Counted from the first letter of the stretch, positions 12,855-26,064 are shown. The stretch is 64,000 bases of DNA from Camelus ferus (GCF_009834535.1 NC_045696.1:78060001-78124000), one strand, 5' to 3'. Translations and numbers: made by a program. Notes: a model not told the origin generated them from the sequence alone.

Positions 12855-14019
12855 GTTTTTAAAAAATTTTAATTTAAAATTTAAAAAATTTTTTAATTTT
12901 ATTTATTTATTTTTAGTGAAGTATAGTCAGTTCAATGTATTAATTTCTAGTGTACAACATGTTTCAGTCATACATATATATATACATATATCCATTTTCA
13001 TTTTAGGTTACTACAAGATATTGAATATAGTTTCCCATGCTATACAGAAAAAATCTGCTGTCTATCTATTTTACAATATAGTAATTAGTATCTGTGAATC
13101 TCAAACTCCCAATTTATTCCTTCCCACCCTCTTTCCTCCTGGTAACCAAAAGTTTATTTTCTATGCCTGTGAATCTGTTTCTGTTTCCTAAATACATTCA
13201 TTTGTGGGGTTTTTGTTGTTGTTGTTGTTTTTAGTTTCTACATATGAGTGATGTCATATGGTATCTTTCTTTCTTTCTGGCTTACTTCACTTAGAATGAC
13301 AACCTCCAGGTCCATCCATGTTGCTGCAAATGACATCATTTTATTCTTTTTAATGGCTGAGTAGTATTCTTTTATATAAATATACCACAACTTCTTTATC
13401 CAGGTCATCTGTCTATGGACATTTAGGCTGTTTCTATGTCTTGGCTATTATAAATAGTGCTGCTATGAACATTGGGGTGCATGTGTCTTTTTGAATTAGA
13501 GTTCCCTCCAGATATATACCCAGAAGTGGGATTGTTGGATCATACGGTAAGTCTATTTTTTGTTTTTTTGAGGAATCTCCATACTGTTTTCCATAATGGC
13601 TGCACCAAACTACATCCCCACCAACAATGTAGGAGGGTTCCCTTTTCTCCACACCCTGCCCAGTATTTATCTTTTGTGGGCTTTTAAATGATGGCCATTC
13701 TGACTGGTGTAATGTGATACCTCACTGTAGTTTTGATTTGCATTTCTCTGATAATTGGCAATATTCAGCATTTTTTCACGTGCCTATTGGCACCCTACCC
13801 AGGCAGTAACAACAAATAGGACCTAATTAAACTTAGAAGCTTTTACCCAGCAAAGGAAACCATAAGTAAAACAAAATGACAACCTATGGAATGGGGGGAA
13901 ATATTTGCAAATGATATGACTGACAAGGGCTTAATTTCCGGAATATATGTAACAGTTCATACAGCTTAACAACAACAACAACAAAAACCAATCCAAAACT
14001 GGGCAGAAGATTTAAACAA
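12855..14019 (-). mobile_element. LINE-1 insertion with 5' inversion (antisense 3' part ~12855-13792; sense ORF2 piece ~13795-14019)
   Basis: Minus ORF 13434-13652 ([11 protein letters not shown]...[14 protein letters not shown]...[13 protein letters not shown]) is the L1 ORF2 C-terminus. Orientation flips at ~13793 into sense ORF2 sequence that is colinear with 40597-40833 of the other copy. Confidence 0.92.
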
Positions 14020-15094
14020 TCTATACTCTCTACATCACAAAAGTACATGACCTATTACTTGAATAACTATCAATCATTGATTCATATTATGAAATAAGAA
14101 GGATAAAGATGAGCAATACTTTCCATAGAAGACACTTCAGGGGTTACACTTCTATTTTATCCCAGAAAATAATCAGATGGCCCTCAACTTTTACACAGAA
14201 ATGTTCTTTATATGAATTCCATTAAGGAGACTAACTATAGGAGCACTCTATGATAACCAACATATGAAAAAACCAAATGAGTCACTAATCTTTCACCAAA
14301 TCTAGGTTTGCACGAGTTTCTTCACTGCTAACATATTCTACCTCCTCCTATTGCAGAGGTCAGATTGTGCTCAGCTGAGACCTAATACGATGTATAGCTT
14401 CATGATTTCTATAAGGAACACCTGTATGCCGAGTCTCTGCAGATTTACTGCAGATTCTAATATAGAAACTCAGGACCCACAAAGCTAAGTTTTAATAACC
14501 ATATCAGTATTTTTGATAGTCAGGAAATTTGTGGAAGCATTATATTAATGTAAGACAAGAAAGGAAAATAAAACAGAATGTATTAAGTGCTAGGTACTTT
14601 CTAAATAAAAAATAATTTAACCCTCAGAAAAATACTGTAATTTAGCTAACACCATCTTGAAAGTGGAGAAACCAAATTTTAGAGTGATTAAATATCTTGC
14701 TCATACTAAATAAACAGGAGATCGTTTTGCTCACAAAGTGTACAGGTTTTTTTTACTTCATGACTGTCTGTATCCTACAGGTTTGGGGAAGTAATTTAAG
14801 CATCTGTTTGTCACTACCATAACCTCAGAACACAAGGAAATAAAAATGTAGTTCACCCAAGTTTCAAACTATGTCACACAGATCTGGGGGAAATGCTTTA
14901 CTAGGGATGATTTCTGCAGGGATACCGGTTTGAATCAAACCTGAAGGCACCTTTTCAAATTCACAATCTATAATGCTAAATTTCACATTATACAAGAAAT
15001 CTGAGGAATTCCACTTGCTTGTGCATCTAGGGTTTTAGTATTGTTAAATATTACTAGCTAACAGTTATCTGTTATAACTACTGAAAAAGAAACA

Positions 15095-15690
15095 AGGTTT
15101 TCCATACAGCATGTAAGAAGCTTGGAAGTGGCCACTCTCTGAGCAACAAGCAAAAAAGCTGCACAAACCAAAAAAAAAAAAAAAAAAAAAAATCAACTCT
15201 TCTTAGATTCACAAGAGAAGTAAAGTCATAGGGCAAACTGCTACCCACAAAACTGGAGAGACTAGCAGGCAAATACACAAAAAAAGTACAACTTACCAGA
15301 GCAGAAACCACCCTGAGAAACAGCCCCTGGGCAGAGAAGCCGGATCTGGCGTTGGCGGAAGCTCGGGCAGGCCAAGGCTGTGAGGTATAAACTCCAGGGG
15401 CCCAACCATCACCGACCAGCCCACACTTGCATGAGCTCCACCTGGTTCTCCGAGTGATTACTGGAGAAAAACTCTCGTGTGCCTCTGGCAGGGGAGGGAG
15501 AGAACCATTTTGAAAGATGCCAGAGCGTTCTGTTTTTCTTAACAAGGCCTGCCCTCAGGGGGATCTATTTAATCAAACCCTAAAGGGCTCAGGTTTCATC
15601 AGAGTCTGAAGTGCGGGAAGGGGACTTGCCAACGCAGCTGCTTCTAGTCTTCCCCGTGGTGGAGACGGGGAAAGACCCGACTCAGTATCC
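15095..15690 (+). mobile_element. Ancient L1M (L1MCa/L1MDa-type) 5' UTR fragment
   Basis: Motifs gaagcttggaagt, aatcaactcttcttagat, agggcaaactgct, aaaactggagagac, accattttgaaa and cttaacaaggcctgccctca match my recollection of an old L1M 5' end. The region is GC-richer than its flanks. Confidence 0.7.
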
Positions 15691-15693
15691 TTC

Positions 15694-15876
15694 TGTTGCC
15701 GAGAGGAGGAAAGTCAGCTACCTCGGTTCTTAGTGACCCAAAAAAAATGAATTTTTAGTGAAAGACAGAAAGCGTGATTAAACAAGGTTTTATTAGTAAA
15801 GTAAAAAGGTAGTAAAAGGTAGTGCCCTCCTGAGAACTGGGAGCAGGCCAACCCAAGAGAGGGAAAACGGCCGAAA
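15694..15876 (-). mobile_element. ERV LTR 3' fragment (R/U5)
   Basis: The minus strand reads ...AATAAAaccttg...ttctgtctttcactaaaaattc...aagaacc...ggCAACA. This resembles the 3' end of the solo LTR at 24320-24406 (AATAAA...aaattctttc...aagaacc...gCAACA). Confidence 0.7.
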
Positions 15877-17837
15877 GTTTTCACTTGTAAGATTTCAATT
15901 GAAATGAAAACAGTATGATTAACATTCACATACTAATCACCTGACCTCTTCAGCTGTTATTTTTTCCATATTTGCTTTATTTTTTGGTATGTATCTTTCT
16001 CATTCTGAACAACTGTAAGTAATCTGAAAACTCTGTTTAGTCGTGAAGAACCATGATAAAAGCCATAGTGGTGCTAGGTCTAAGAAAAGTATCTCATGGG
16101 TTCCTTCATAAACACAGATAAATTAATGAGCTCTGGGGATCCCAAAAGGCAGTGGGTTTGGAAGGACAGCCCTAGCCCTCCTGTGTAGTACATGCGTGAC
16201 ACGAAGACACTTAGACTCTCAGACTCAGTTACTCACTATCGAGCAGTGACAACACTGACTTCATCAGGATTTTGTGAGGATTATGAGTGTTTATATGAGA
16301 CAGTGTATCTGAAAGAGTATTGTTACACAGATGCTATTTGGTAACTATGTTTTTAAAAATCCTCCAGTGACAATAAGAACTGTTTCTTTATCTGGTTACA
16401 ACACAATAATAATGAAGATTTATCGAGCACTTACTGAAAACTAGATGACTATCATTACACTGTTTTTACAAGGGAAAAAACAAGGTTTGAAGACTGCCTC
16501 CTAGTGATTAAGTAGCAGAGTTGGGATTCTAAGCCCACATAACTGATCACATTCTATAATTTAGTCAGGGAATGTGAGGTAGGAAATTTACTGTAAGTGC
16601 AAATAAACAGCTGATGCAAAAATATCCACAAAAGCTACCCAAGTCAGAACTGTGACACATTCAAATTCGTCTTTAGCCATCTCTTCTACTCCTAATCCAT
16701 CACCCAAGTAAAGTGTCCCTAATGTTTTCCCTACCCTAAGGCTACTGAACCGGTATTGTCCTGATGTCAATTACCTTTGAGTAAAATCCTTATCAATTAT
16801 TTTCTTCATAGTGACATCTTAACAATTTCCCATAAATGTATGAAGGAGTAACATCTAATTTCCAGCATTAACAGAAATAATTTAAGCCAGACAGGCCTCC
16901 CCAGCCTCCCAAATCACATGAAAATGGTCTCTTACTCTGCCTATTCGTCAAGTGCCATCCGCATGCACGCGTTTCCCAGTTTCAGGGCAAAAAGCCGCTT
17001 TCTATTCGATCAGAATTTTAAACAGTCAAATTAATTATAAAACACAAGCCTTTCTTGGCTTATCAGTTGCCTGTTCTCTATGCTACCTTATGTTTAAAAC
17101 AGATTTTATCTACCTTTTTTTTTATAATCAATTTAAAGCACAAAATGATTAAGTCAAGCCCGCCCCCTCACCCAAAAAAAATCCACATTCATAGTAAGTC
17201 ATATCAGGAATTTTTTAAAAACCAAAGAAAAATAATTTTATATGTGTTTTGCAAATCATCACATTCAGTACACCGTCTATGGCCTTTTTTTCACTCTACT
17301 GTTTCCTACAAAGGTGACTCTATTTTCTCCAGATCTCTTTAATTGTGACTGAGCATTAAATAGTCTTTCATTTAGCTTTGCTGCCTAAGAATGACAGATG
17401 ATAAAGAACCTGAGAATATTGCAGATAATTTCTAGACATTAAATTACCTGATTAACAATATAATCAATAAATTTTTGATCCCATCAGAATCATATCCTGT
17501 GGTTACCCTCATCTTTGGTTTACTTTGAAATAGGCTGGTGTACATGTAATCATGTTGAAAGCAGTAACTACAAATATTATAACAGACAGAATATGTCAGC
17601 ACACATAATACCACAGGAAGCCAATGTGTGCTAATTTGCTTCATTCCGTTTACTACTCTAAATTAAAAACAAACTTTTAATCCAGGTACCTCACATACAT
17701 GTGAAAGGTTTAGGTAACCTGGTATGGAAGTTGCATAAAACATCTCAGTAAGGAAGGATTTCAAATGGGTACAACAATGTTTGCCTATCTGTAATATAAG
17801 AGTAACTTGGGAGAAAAACTAATTTCATTTTAATCTG

Positions 17838-17842
<5 letters not shown>

Positions 17843-17892
<50 letters not shown>
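17843..17892. repeat. (TA)25 perfect microsatellite
   Basis: 50-bp uninterrupted TA run. Confidence 0.97.
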
Positions 17893-17896
<4 letters not shown>

Positions 17897-19869
17897 AAAA
17901 CTGTTTTAGTCTTAAAGAATCCTTGGCCTTGTAAAGTGTATAAAACTCAGAGTTTGGTATCATCCAAATATAAGGCAAAGCAAAGTGTTAAAACTGTCCT
18001 TTTCTTAACAAAACTAAAATTAAATTAGATTATAATATAAATTATATCTATGTAGACATAAATTAGATCATATCACAGAGGGTTTAATATCCATAATGCC
18101 ATCACCAGTTGTACTATTATTTAATGGCAGATATGCTATTATTTAAAAGCAAGGAAATTAGAACAGGTATTAATTTGGGTATTGGACCAGTGTCAAGTAA
18201 GCATGGCATGTTAGACCGTAAGGGTTCCTCTTGCATTTCAATCAGTAACTCATCTTATATATGATGAAATGTATCCTAAAACTGCTTGAAAAGTGTGTGT
18301 GTGAATTATAAAAGAAGTTTGATATTCATTTACAAAATTTTAAGCACTTACGAAAAACAAACATGGCCTTTACTAATAGACAGGGATAGTAATGTTAACA
18401 ACTTAATAGCTTTATATCAAAACAAAAAGAAACTTATAATTGAAAATTGAAACAAACATAATTTTCTTTGAAGAATATGCTTATAGTTCTTCTTTGATTG
18501 TGAATATGAGTCCAAACTTAAGTCTGTTATACTATAGGTATTTCTGGGATTACAGAGATGCTTTAATTTTTCTAAATTTTCCAATACAAAATTGACTTAA
18601 AGCATGGAATTATTCCAATGATGATTGAAATTCTTAGTGTTGACAGAGTTTTAAAATTTAGATATTTCTTGACTATAATATTCAAATAACTTATTAATTT
18701 AAGAAAACTCAAAATAAATGTATTATGCTAAATGAGATTACTAGGTATAATCTAAAATGCAACACAAGACACATACAAAATTGATGAAAAGATTAAGAAA
18801 TTTGGAAATGTAAATCTAGTAAAAAAAAAAGTAACTTTTTTAAAACCTGTAGTAGAAAGGTTTTTCAAACTGCACAGTATTAAAACCACTAAAGCTTTAT
18901 TCCTAACTATAACATATATGGGGCTATAAAACCTTTCCAATAACTTTTGCTTAAACACAGTAAAAATATTTTTTCAGTTAAAAAGCAATTTCATGAATAT
19001 TTATGAGAATAATAAATTAAGGTATGTTAATAATTACTTATTAAAATAATATTTTATTGAGTGTATATGCTTTCAGAGTTCAAGTGAAAATATTTTAAGC
19101 TTGTGTAGCTACATTAAGGTTTTATAGCTTATTAAAGGTTAATTTGTTATAAAAATGGGAAGCCTATTGGATTCAAAAGTAGATACAATACATTGTGCAG
19201 CTGTATTTTAGAGGTGCTTTCCTCCTGAAAAAAATATTAATTTTTTTCAATGATGCCTCTTTCCAGAAGTAATTTAACTGCATCTTCGCATATTTTATAG
19301 CAACAATAAATTAGTAAAACTCAAGTTGCTGCCTAGGACTCCTTACCGATGTGTCCCTGAGGAAGGTAATAATTAATCTATTTTTACCAGCGATAATGAA
19401 TGAGGGAAAAAAAAAACAGCAAAAAAGAAAGAACTTAGTGCCATATAGTGATGAATCCTTACACAGCAAGTGGGTTCTTCTAAAACTTGGTTAGTACAGA
19501 GCTAAGGATTTATTCATTTTTTAATTTAAAAAATGGTTAACACCCATGACCTCTACAAAATATCAATGCAGAAGTGAAAGGAACTATGCAAAACTTCCAA
19601 GTCAGTTTTAAGATGTTCTGACTTCAAATATGTAAGAATATCTTGAACTGAAGTTTCAACATCATAACCATTCCTGAAATAATCTAAACCCTTTACTGAA
19701 GTACTGAGCCTTTACTTCAACAAACAAGGCTGGGATTATACCATTTAGCAAATGACACAAACTTCGGTTTTGACTACATAGATTGCTGACCATTAAGAAA
19801 ATGGAATTCAAGCAGACAATGTAGTACTTGATAAAACATTTTGATGTGATTAAAAAATATTACCCTTCT

Positions 19870-19965
19870 TTTAATGAGGGCTTAGTATGTTCCAGGCACT
19901 GTGTTGAGCACTTACATGTATTATTTCAATTAATGTCTACAACAGCCTTATGATGTAGGCAATTT
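19870..19965 (-). mobile_element. MIR fragment
   Basis: gagggcttagtatgttccaggcactgtgttgagcacttacatgtattatttca...acaacagccttatgatgtagg. Confidence 0.65.
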
Positions 19966-22900
19966 CGTGATGTTCTTGGAACCATACACAACACCTCAAA
20001 TATCAAAATAAATTTAAAATTTGCATTAGATGTTTATACAACTACCCTATAAATGTAATACAGTTTTAGTCATAAAATATTATTCTCTTAATACTATACA
20101 ATTCCATCACCTCACAAAATGTCTGTGCATGAAAATAAACACTGAAGAATGTGAAAATTAAAAGCATCTCCAATCCTGAGGTCACTGTTTATATTCATCC
20201 TTAACAGTCAAGTCATATTTATTTTTAACATTCAGTACTCTATCCACACAAAAAAATTAGAGGCAATTTTAATTTTTTTCTTTAATTGAGCTTCAAATTA
20301 TGCTACCTGGCATCAGCATAATCCTTATTGTTAAATAATGCAAAAGTACAATCTTCAGAGACCATATTTCTGTAATTGATTTATCTAATGAGTATATTAT
20401 GATATTCAGTTCAGTTTTGCAAGTTTGAGAGAACTGACATTTCCCCATTATTAAATTCATATGCTGTCTCTTTAGAATTTTATTAAAATTTTAAGGGCAT
20501 ACTAATAATAAATAATATTTCTTAGAAATTATGCATGCATTTTAAGATTTAATGCTCACACAACCTTGTGAGCTGAGATTACTTTTATCACCATTATAGA
20601 GATTTTTTTCAAGGAAAAAAAAAAAACTCAGAGACTTCAGAGGGTTTAGGTGATAGTCTAAGGTCACTTAAACATCAATCAGAAGAGCTTGAACATGAGC
20701 CTGTCTCTACCATCATCGCATCCTGCCATGCAGTGCTTCACTATTCAAAATAAATTACCTGTTGAAAACAGAACAAATACAGCACGTTGGGAGGAATGAG
20801 AAACCTATCCACACCAAGAAAAAAAAAAAAATCAAAACAGACAGAGAGAGAGAGGAGGGATCCTGAAACGTGAAAGGATGTCTCAGGATTAAAACAAACC
20901 AGATGTTATGACCATAGCGACATCTATACTGGGGAGTCCAAATAATTCCTCAAATTTAAAGTATGTCTAAAACTTAACTTTTTCAGATTTTAGAGTAATA
21001 TGTACATATACCAACATTTCTGAAACATGTATAATTTTAGGGAGTGAACTAGGAGGAATCAACTGCTGTTGTCTTTCTTTCCTCCTGTCCTTCCTTTCTC
21101 CCTCTCTGGTCTCTGTCTTCTGTCTCTCTTGTTGGATTTCTTGCTTTTCTTAGTTTATATTATAACATTAAGAGGAACAAAATGCTCAGCATCTTTCCTT
21201 GTGGTACCAAACCTACACGAATGCAGGGGGATTATTTATGCTTAACATATTACAATAAGATAAATGCAAAAATCAACCCATTTAATACAGGATGTCACTT
21301 GTTATAATTTCACAATATTCAAATGGTTAGTAAAAGTAATTAAATTGTATTATCATGTAAGTAAAATACAGACATGACTTCTGAACTATAGGATTCATTC
21401 ATGACAGACATGGAAGATTTGTAGACACACCTTCATTTGATTTTGAGCCATGAAAAGCACTTTAATATTAGGAATAAGATCTGAAGCATTCCATTAGATT
21501 TGCTTGTTCTAAATTCACTTTCTTGAAGTCTGATTGCTAAATGGCAGAATAATGACTCGGTCTCAAGTTTTTTCATTATAAGTTATGATTGAAGTTGTGT
21601 TTCAACAAAAACTACCTTTTGTGGATATGGTAATATTTGGTCTACATCATTTAGAAAAATAACTAAAGTCAGTCAATGGAAAATGGAAAGCATTCTGATT
21701 TTAAAAAGTAAACGCAGTTTTGGCTTTTAAATGTGTTAAATCATTGTTCTCTGATTTTGTGTTCTAGTTCTGACCGTGTTTTCCTGACCAATGGAGCAGC
21801 TCTGGAATCTTATAATTACAAAATCTGAAGCATTGGTCTTTTGTAATTACTTCTGAGAACTGAGTATGAGGCATCTCATTAAATCAGCCAGGGAATAAGC
21901 ATACATTTTCCAAGTATCAAGACAGTGTTCACTTTTTTAATATTTGTTCATAAAATGCCCTCACAAATTATCTTTAAAAATAAGCAAGCTTGCCTCCACT
22001 TACAAAACTATACTGAAAACATCATGAATTACACTGAATTAAATGTTTTTTCTCACCTGAAATAGTTCTAGAATGTCATATAAATAGATCCGCCAGGTTC
22101 ATCAATATCAGGGAAAATTGTAATGCATCAAAATTTTCAGTAAGGAAAGAGAATTTCTCTTCTCTCCTCTCAGCCTCACTGCCACATCACACATAAGGTT
22201 GTACGAATGCACACACACAACCACCACACACACAGACACACCATGAATATTTTATCTTCAAAAACTATTGAATTACTTTTTTATATATTGTCGAATACAT
22301 TGTTGTACTATTGTACTAGGTGCCACATACTTTTGATACTAATTGTTAGCTAAATGCATCATATATTAATTTTGGGAAATAAAAAATAAATTTTAGAGCT
22401 ACATCTTAAACTTCTACCACAAAGAGTAGGGTAAATGCTACTCTATTAACTGGAATAAAGAAAAAATAATTCTCTTGAATGCAGTTATCAGAGTGATTGT
22501 CATCAGAAAAAAAAAAGACTAGAGTAAATGAAACAAAGAGTAGTTCAGCAACTATGAAAAGCATAAAAATGCTTTACGTTAAGTTAGTCTTCAAAATATA
22601 GTGCTTCTCGGCATTTATTTTACCTAAACTAGAGAATTCCTTATTGATTTTCCTATTGTCCACTGGTTGAGAACTGATTGGTAAATCAACAAATACAAAG
22701 ATTTCCTTACTAAACCCCCAACTCAATGTTTTAAATGTGCTTTTTGGTAGATTAAGTTGGGTTTGAAATTCAAATAGTATGAAGTTTACTTTCCTCCTAA
22801 TCTGTTGGAAACAATCTATGTACAAAGTATAAACACATAACCACTGTTCCCTACCTCTCATTCCCTTGCAGGCTCTTCTCAAAGGCCTACCTGTGTAAGC

Positions 22901-23662
22901 TTCCTATATGGACTTGAGCAGTAGATGGTTAAGTTATACACTGGCCAAGCAATGCACAACTGATATTAAAATAAAAATCTTATTGATGAATGGATAGGAA
23001 CTGTTTCATTTGTAGGAAACTACAAAATCATCTGAATTCCTCTATCATTAAAATTGTGATTATGAGGATAAAATGGCATATAAGAAAAATGCAAAAGAAA
23101 CAGCTAATATTTGGCTAGTATCTTACTATGCAAATGTGAGTACTAGGAATGTACTGTATGTTACTACATTTATTGAAAATAGAATAGCATTTTTTACATG
23201 TAATTTTATGAATTTTTACATGTAATTTCACCATGCACAAAAGATGTAAGATATTTAGTCATTTATAATTTTACTGTACGCAAATTCGACTCCTGTAAGA
23301 CTCAGGGGTTATATGTAGCATGGACACAGACGACGGCCCAGCTTCCACATTTCAGTGGGATTTACTCAATTTCTGGCAGTCATGGAGTAAAACAGTAATT
23401 TTTTTTTATTACTGCTTTTTGTGAAAATGCCTCTAAAGGAAAGCCAGATGCTTTTATTTCATTATATAAAATAAATTTCATACTAGAAAGCTATTTAGCA
23501 ATTTGGGAATTGGCGAGGGTCTTAGAATCTGCTTTACTATGCCTCAGATTGTCATTGAGAGAAATCTAGATGAACCCATTATGACATAGAAAAGAATTTT
23601 TTATCTTAAATTTTCAGGAATTAAAGCACTCTCCTATAAAATAAAATGCTTTAAGTACAAAG

Positions 23663-24406
23663 TGAAAAGAAACTTAAAGCCTTTCCTCTAAAGGTTTAAG
23701 CTAAAGGAAAACTAGCACAAGCTGGCCCCAAAGACCTTGGCTGGCCCTTTCTTGCAGCAACAAAGAGGAGATGTCAAGGTGTTACAGCAGGCAGATAGCT
23801 AGGTATGAGCAGAGAAAGGGGGACACAGGCCAAATGGCAGGAATTGGGCAAAACAGAGGGGCACAGGCCAAACACAGGAAAGCATACATCATGTAAGCAC
23901 CAGGGGTCCCTGGGCAGAGAAAGAAAAGCAGGAACCTCTGGGCTGATAAGTTGTCACACCTTTGGGGGAGATAAGCAGTCGGGAGGCCAACAAAAAAGGA
24001 ATCTCCAGTGTCCAAATGTAACTTTTTGCTCATTATGCTCACATTTCAATAAAATTAGCCTTGCAGATTAGAAGTACCCATCATGCACAGGCACCATGAC
24101 ACTTCCGATCCAGACTAAATAAGGACAAAAACCCCTCCTCCCCTCGGGAAGGGGGAGTTCAGATGAAAATCAGGTGATATGACCCCAAACCCTTCCCTGT
24201 CCAGTGAATACTCCACCAATTCATTTTTACACCCATGTAACCAGCTTACCAAAGAAACTCAGGGCAGCTGCTCACCAGAGCCTGCCTGCTCTCCCCTTGA
24301 GAGTTACTATTTATCCCGTAATAAATCCCTACTTTACCTTCTTAACCTCCCTGTCTCATCTCTAAATTCTTTCTGCTGCGAGACAAGAACCTAATTACCA
24401 GCAACA
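23663..24406 (+). mobile_element. Solo ERV LTR (~740 bp), antisense to NAALADL2
   Basis: TG...CA termini, a purine-rich U3-like first half, AATAAA at 24320-24325, and a U5-like end (aaattctttctgctgcgagacaagaacc...gcaaca). A flanking direct repeat is present (see findings). There is no PBS or internal retroviral sequence. Confidence 0.85.
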
Positions 24407-25563
24407 AAGGCATGTATCTGGCAGTCATTTGCCTTCTACAGTTCCTGCCACACAACGTGGGGATTCTCTCCCCAATCCCTTCCTAGAGCCTAAAATAACA
24501 CATGCATAGCATTTAGGATAAAATGAATGAGATCGCCTCCTCCTTGGCCCCAGATGATTTTTCTATACATTTTAGGAAATCACCATTATGTTTCCCCTTT
24601 ATTCTCCCCATCTCAGATGCAGAGCTCCCCATCCAGATTCATTTCTGAGCCATGACTTAGTAACTATTGCACAGTCAAAATAAGACAAACTTTTCTCTTT
24701 ACTCATTCAGCTACATGTTCCCAGTCCAGATGCTCACTGAGAACCATGATTAACAGTTGTAATTCACAGAGAAGTCCTCTGGTCCTCTGCCTTTTTTTTT
24801 TTTCCAACCCAGCTGTATTACTGTATTGCCTCATTTTCCAGATTTCAGCCTCAGAATATATTTGATAAGCAGGTGAAGCAATTTCAGCTGTAATCCTGGT
24901 ATATAACCTTGTCTAATTCAAGCTTCCTTTTTCCTTTACAATGTGAATGTGTATTAACAGATATAGTATCAGTGATTCCATATCTCTGGGATAATCCACA
25001 GAAACCAGAGATGCCTAGAATGGAATTTAAAAGGGTAAAAAAAGGATGCCCATCTTCTCTGCCTAGGAGATAATGCCAAGTTTGTGGCAAGGCTCTGTCT
25101 GGCAGGGGAATTTTGCATAGTCCTCTGTGTTAAATCTATTCACAGGCTTGTAAGGAGGATGATCGGGGAAAATACAGCAGCTTCTTAAAGTGGGGTCCTA
25201 CTCTAGATAAACCACTGATTCACTACTTTGTAGACATGACTGAAGAGTTTCATAATGTAAGTAAGTAATCTCTGGAACAGTCAAAACAAAATTAGCTATG
25301 TTATAACCCATTATCTACTAGTAAGAATTTTGAGTACTGTTAGAAAAAACGTTAAATGCCTTAACGACTTTTAAAGACTTCTTTTTCCATACAAAATATA
25401 TATACAATCATTAGAAATTCACAAAAATACGAAGTAGAAATCATTCACAATTTCATCAACCCAATTTGTATAACTGGCCCCTACCACAAACCACATTTTA
25501 GTCTTATGCATCACAGCTATGTTAAACTAGCAGGGTTCCTGTAGTGTACCCAAGGCAACGTCA

Positions 25564-26064
25564 CAGCAGTCCCCCGTTATCTATAGTCTCACTTTTGCAG
25601 GTTTCAGATACCCATGGTCAACTGCAGTCCGAAAATACACTAAATGGGAAAACTCCAGAAGAACAATTCCTAAGTTTTAAATTGCACGCTATTCTGAGTA
25701 GTGTGATGAAATCCTGGGCTGCCCTACTCCACCCAGGCAGGCTGTGAGCTCGCCCTTCGCCCAGCGTATCCAGGCTGTGTCCACTACCCTGCCCATTAGT
25801 CACTAAGCGGCCTTCCAGGTTAGCAGAGTGACTATGGCTGTAGCACATTCAGATAACTTTTATTACAGGATACTGTTACAGCTGCTCTATTTTATTATTA
25901 GTTATTGTTGTTAATCTCTTACTGTGCCTAATTATATATTAAACTCTATCACAGTTACATATGCATAAAAAAACATAGTATATATCGGATTTGGTACTGT
26001 CTGTGGTTTCAGGCACCAACTGGGGGTCTTGGAACGTATCTCCCACAGATAAGGAGGTCTATTG
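25564..26064 (+). mobile_element. TcMar-Tigger non-autonomous DNA transposon (MER44/Tigger7-like)
   Basis: Terminal inverted repeats CAGCAGTCCCCCGTTATCT...AGATAAGGAGGTCTATTG. Internal ggtcaactgcagtccgaaaat and attctgagtagtgtgatgaaatc match the recalled MER44 consensus. Confidence 0.87.

Noticed and set aside
15078..15545. Longest ORF in the track (155 aa, minus strand)
   Set aside because: It is the antisense reading of an L1 5' UTR relic, and the poly-Phe comes from the A-run.
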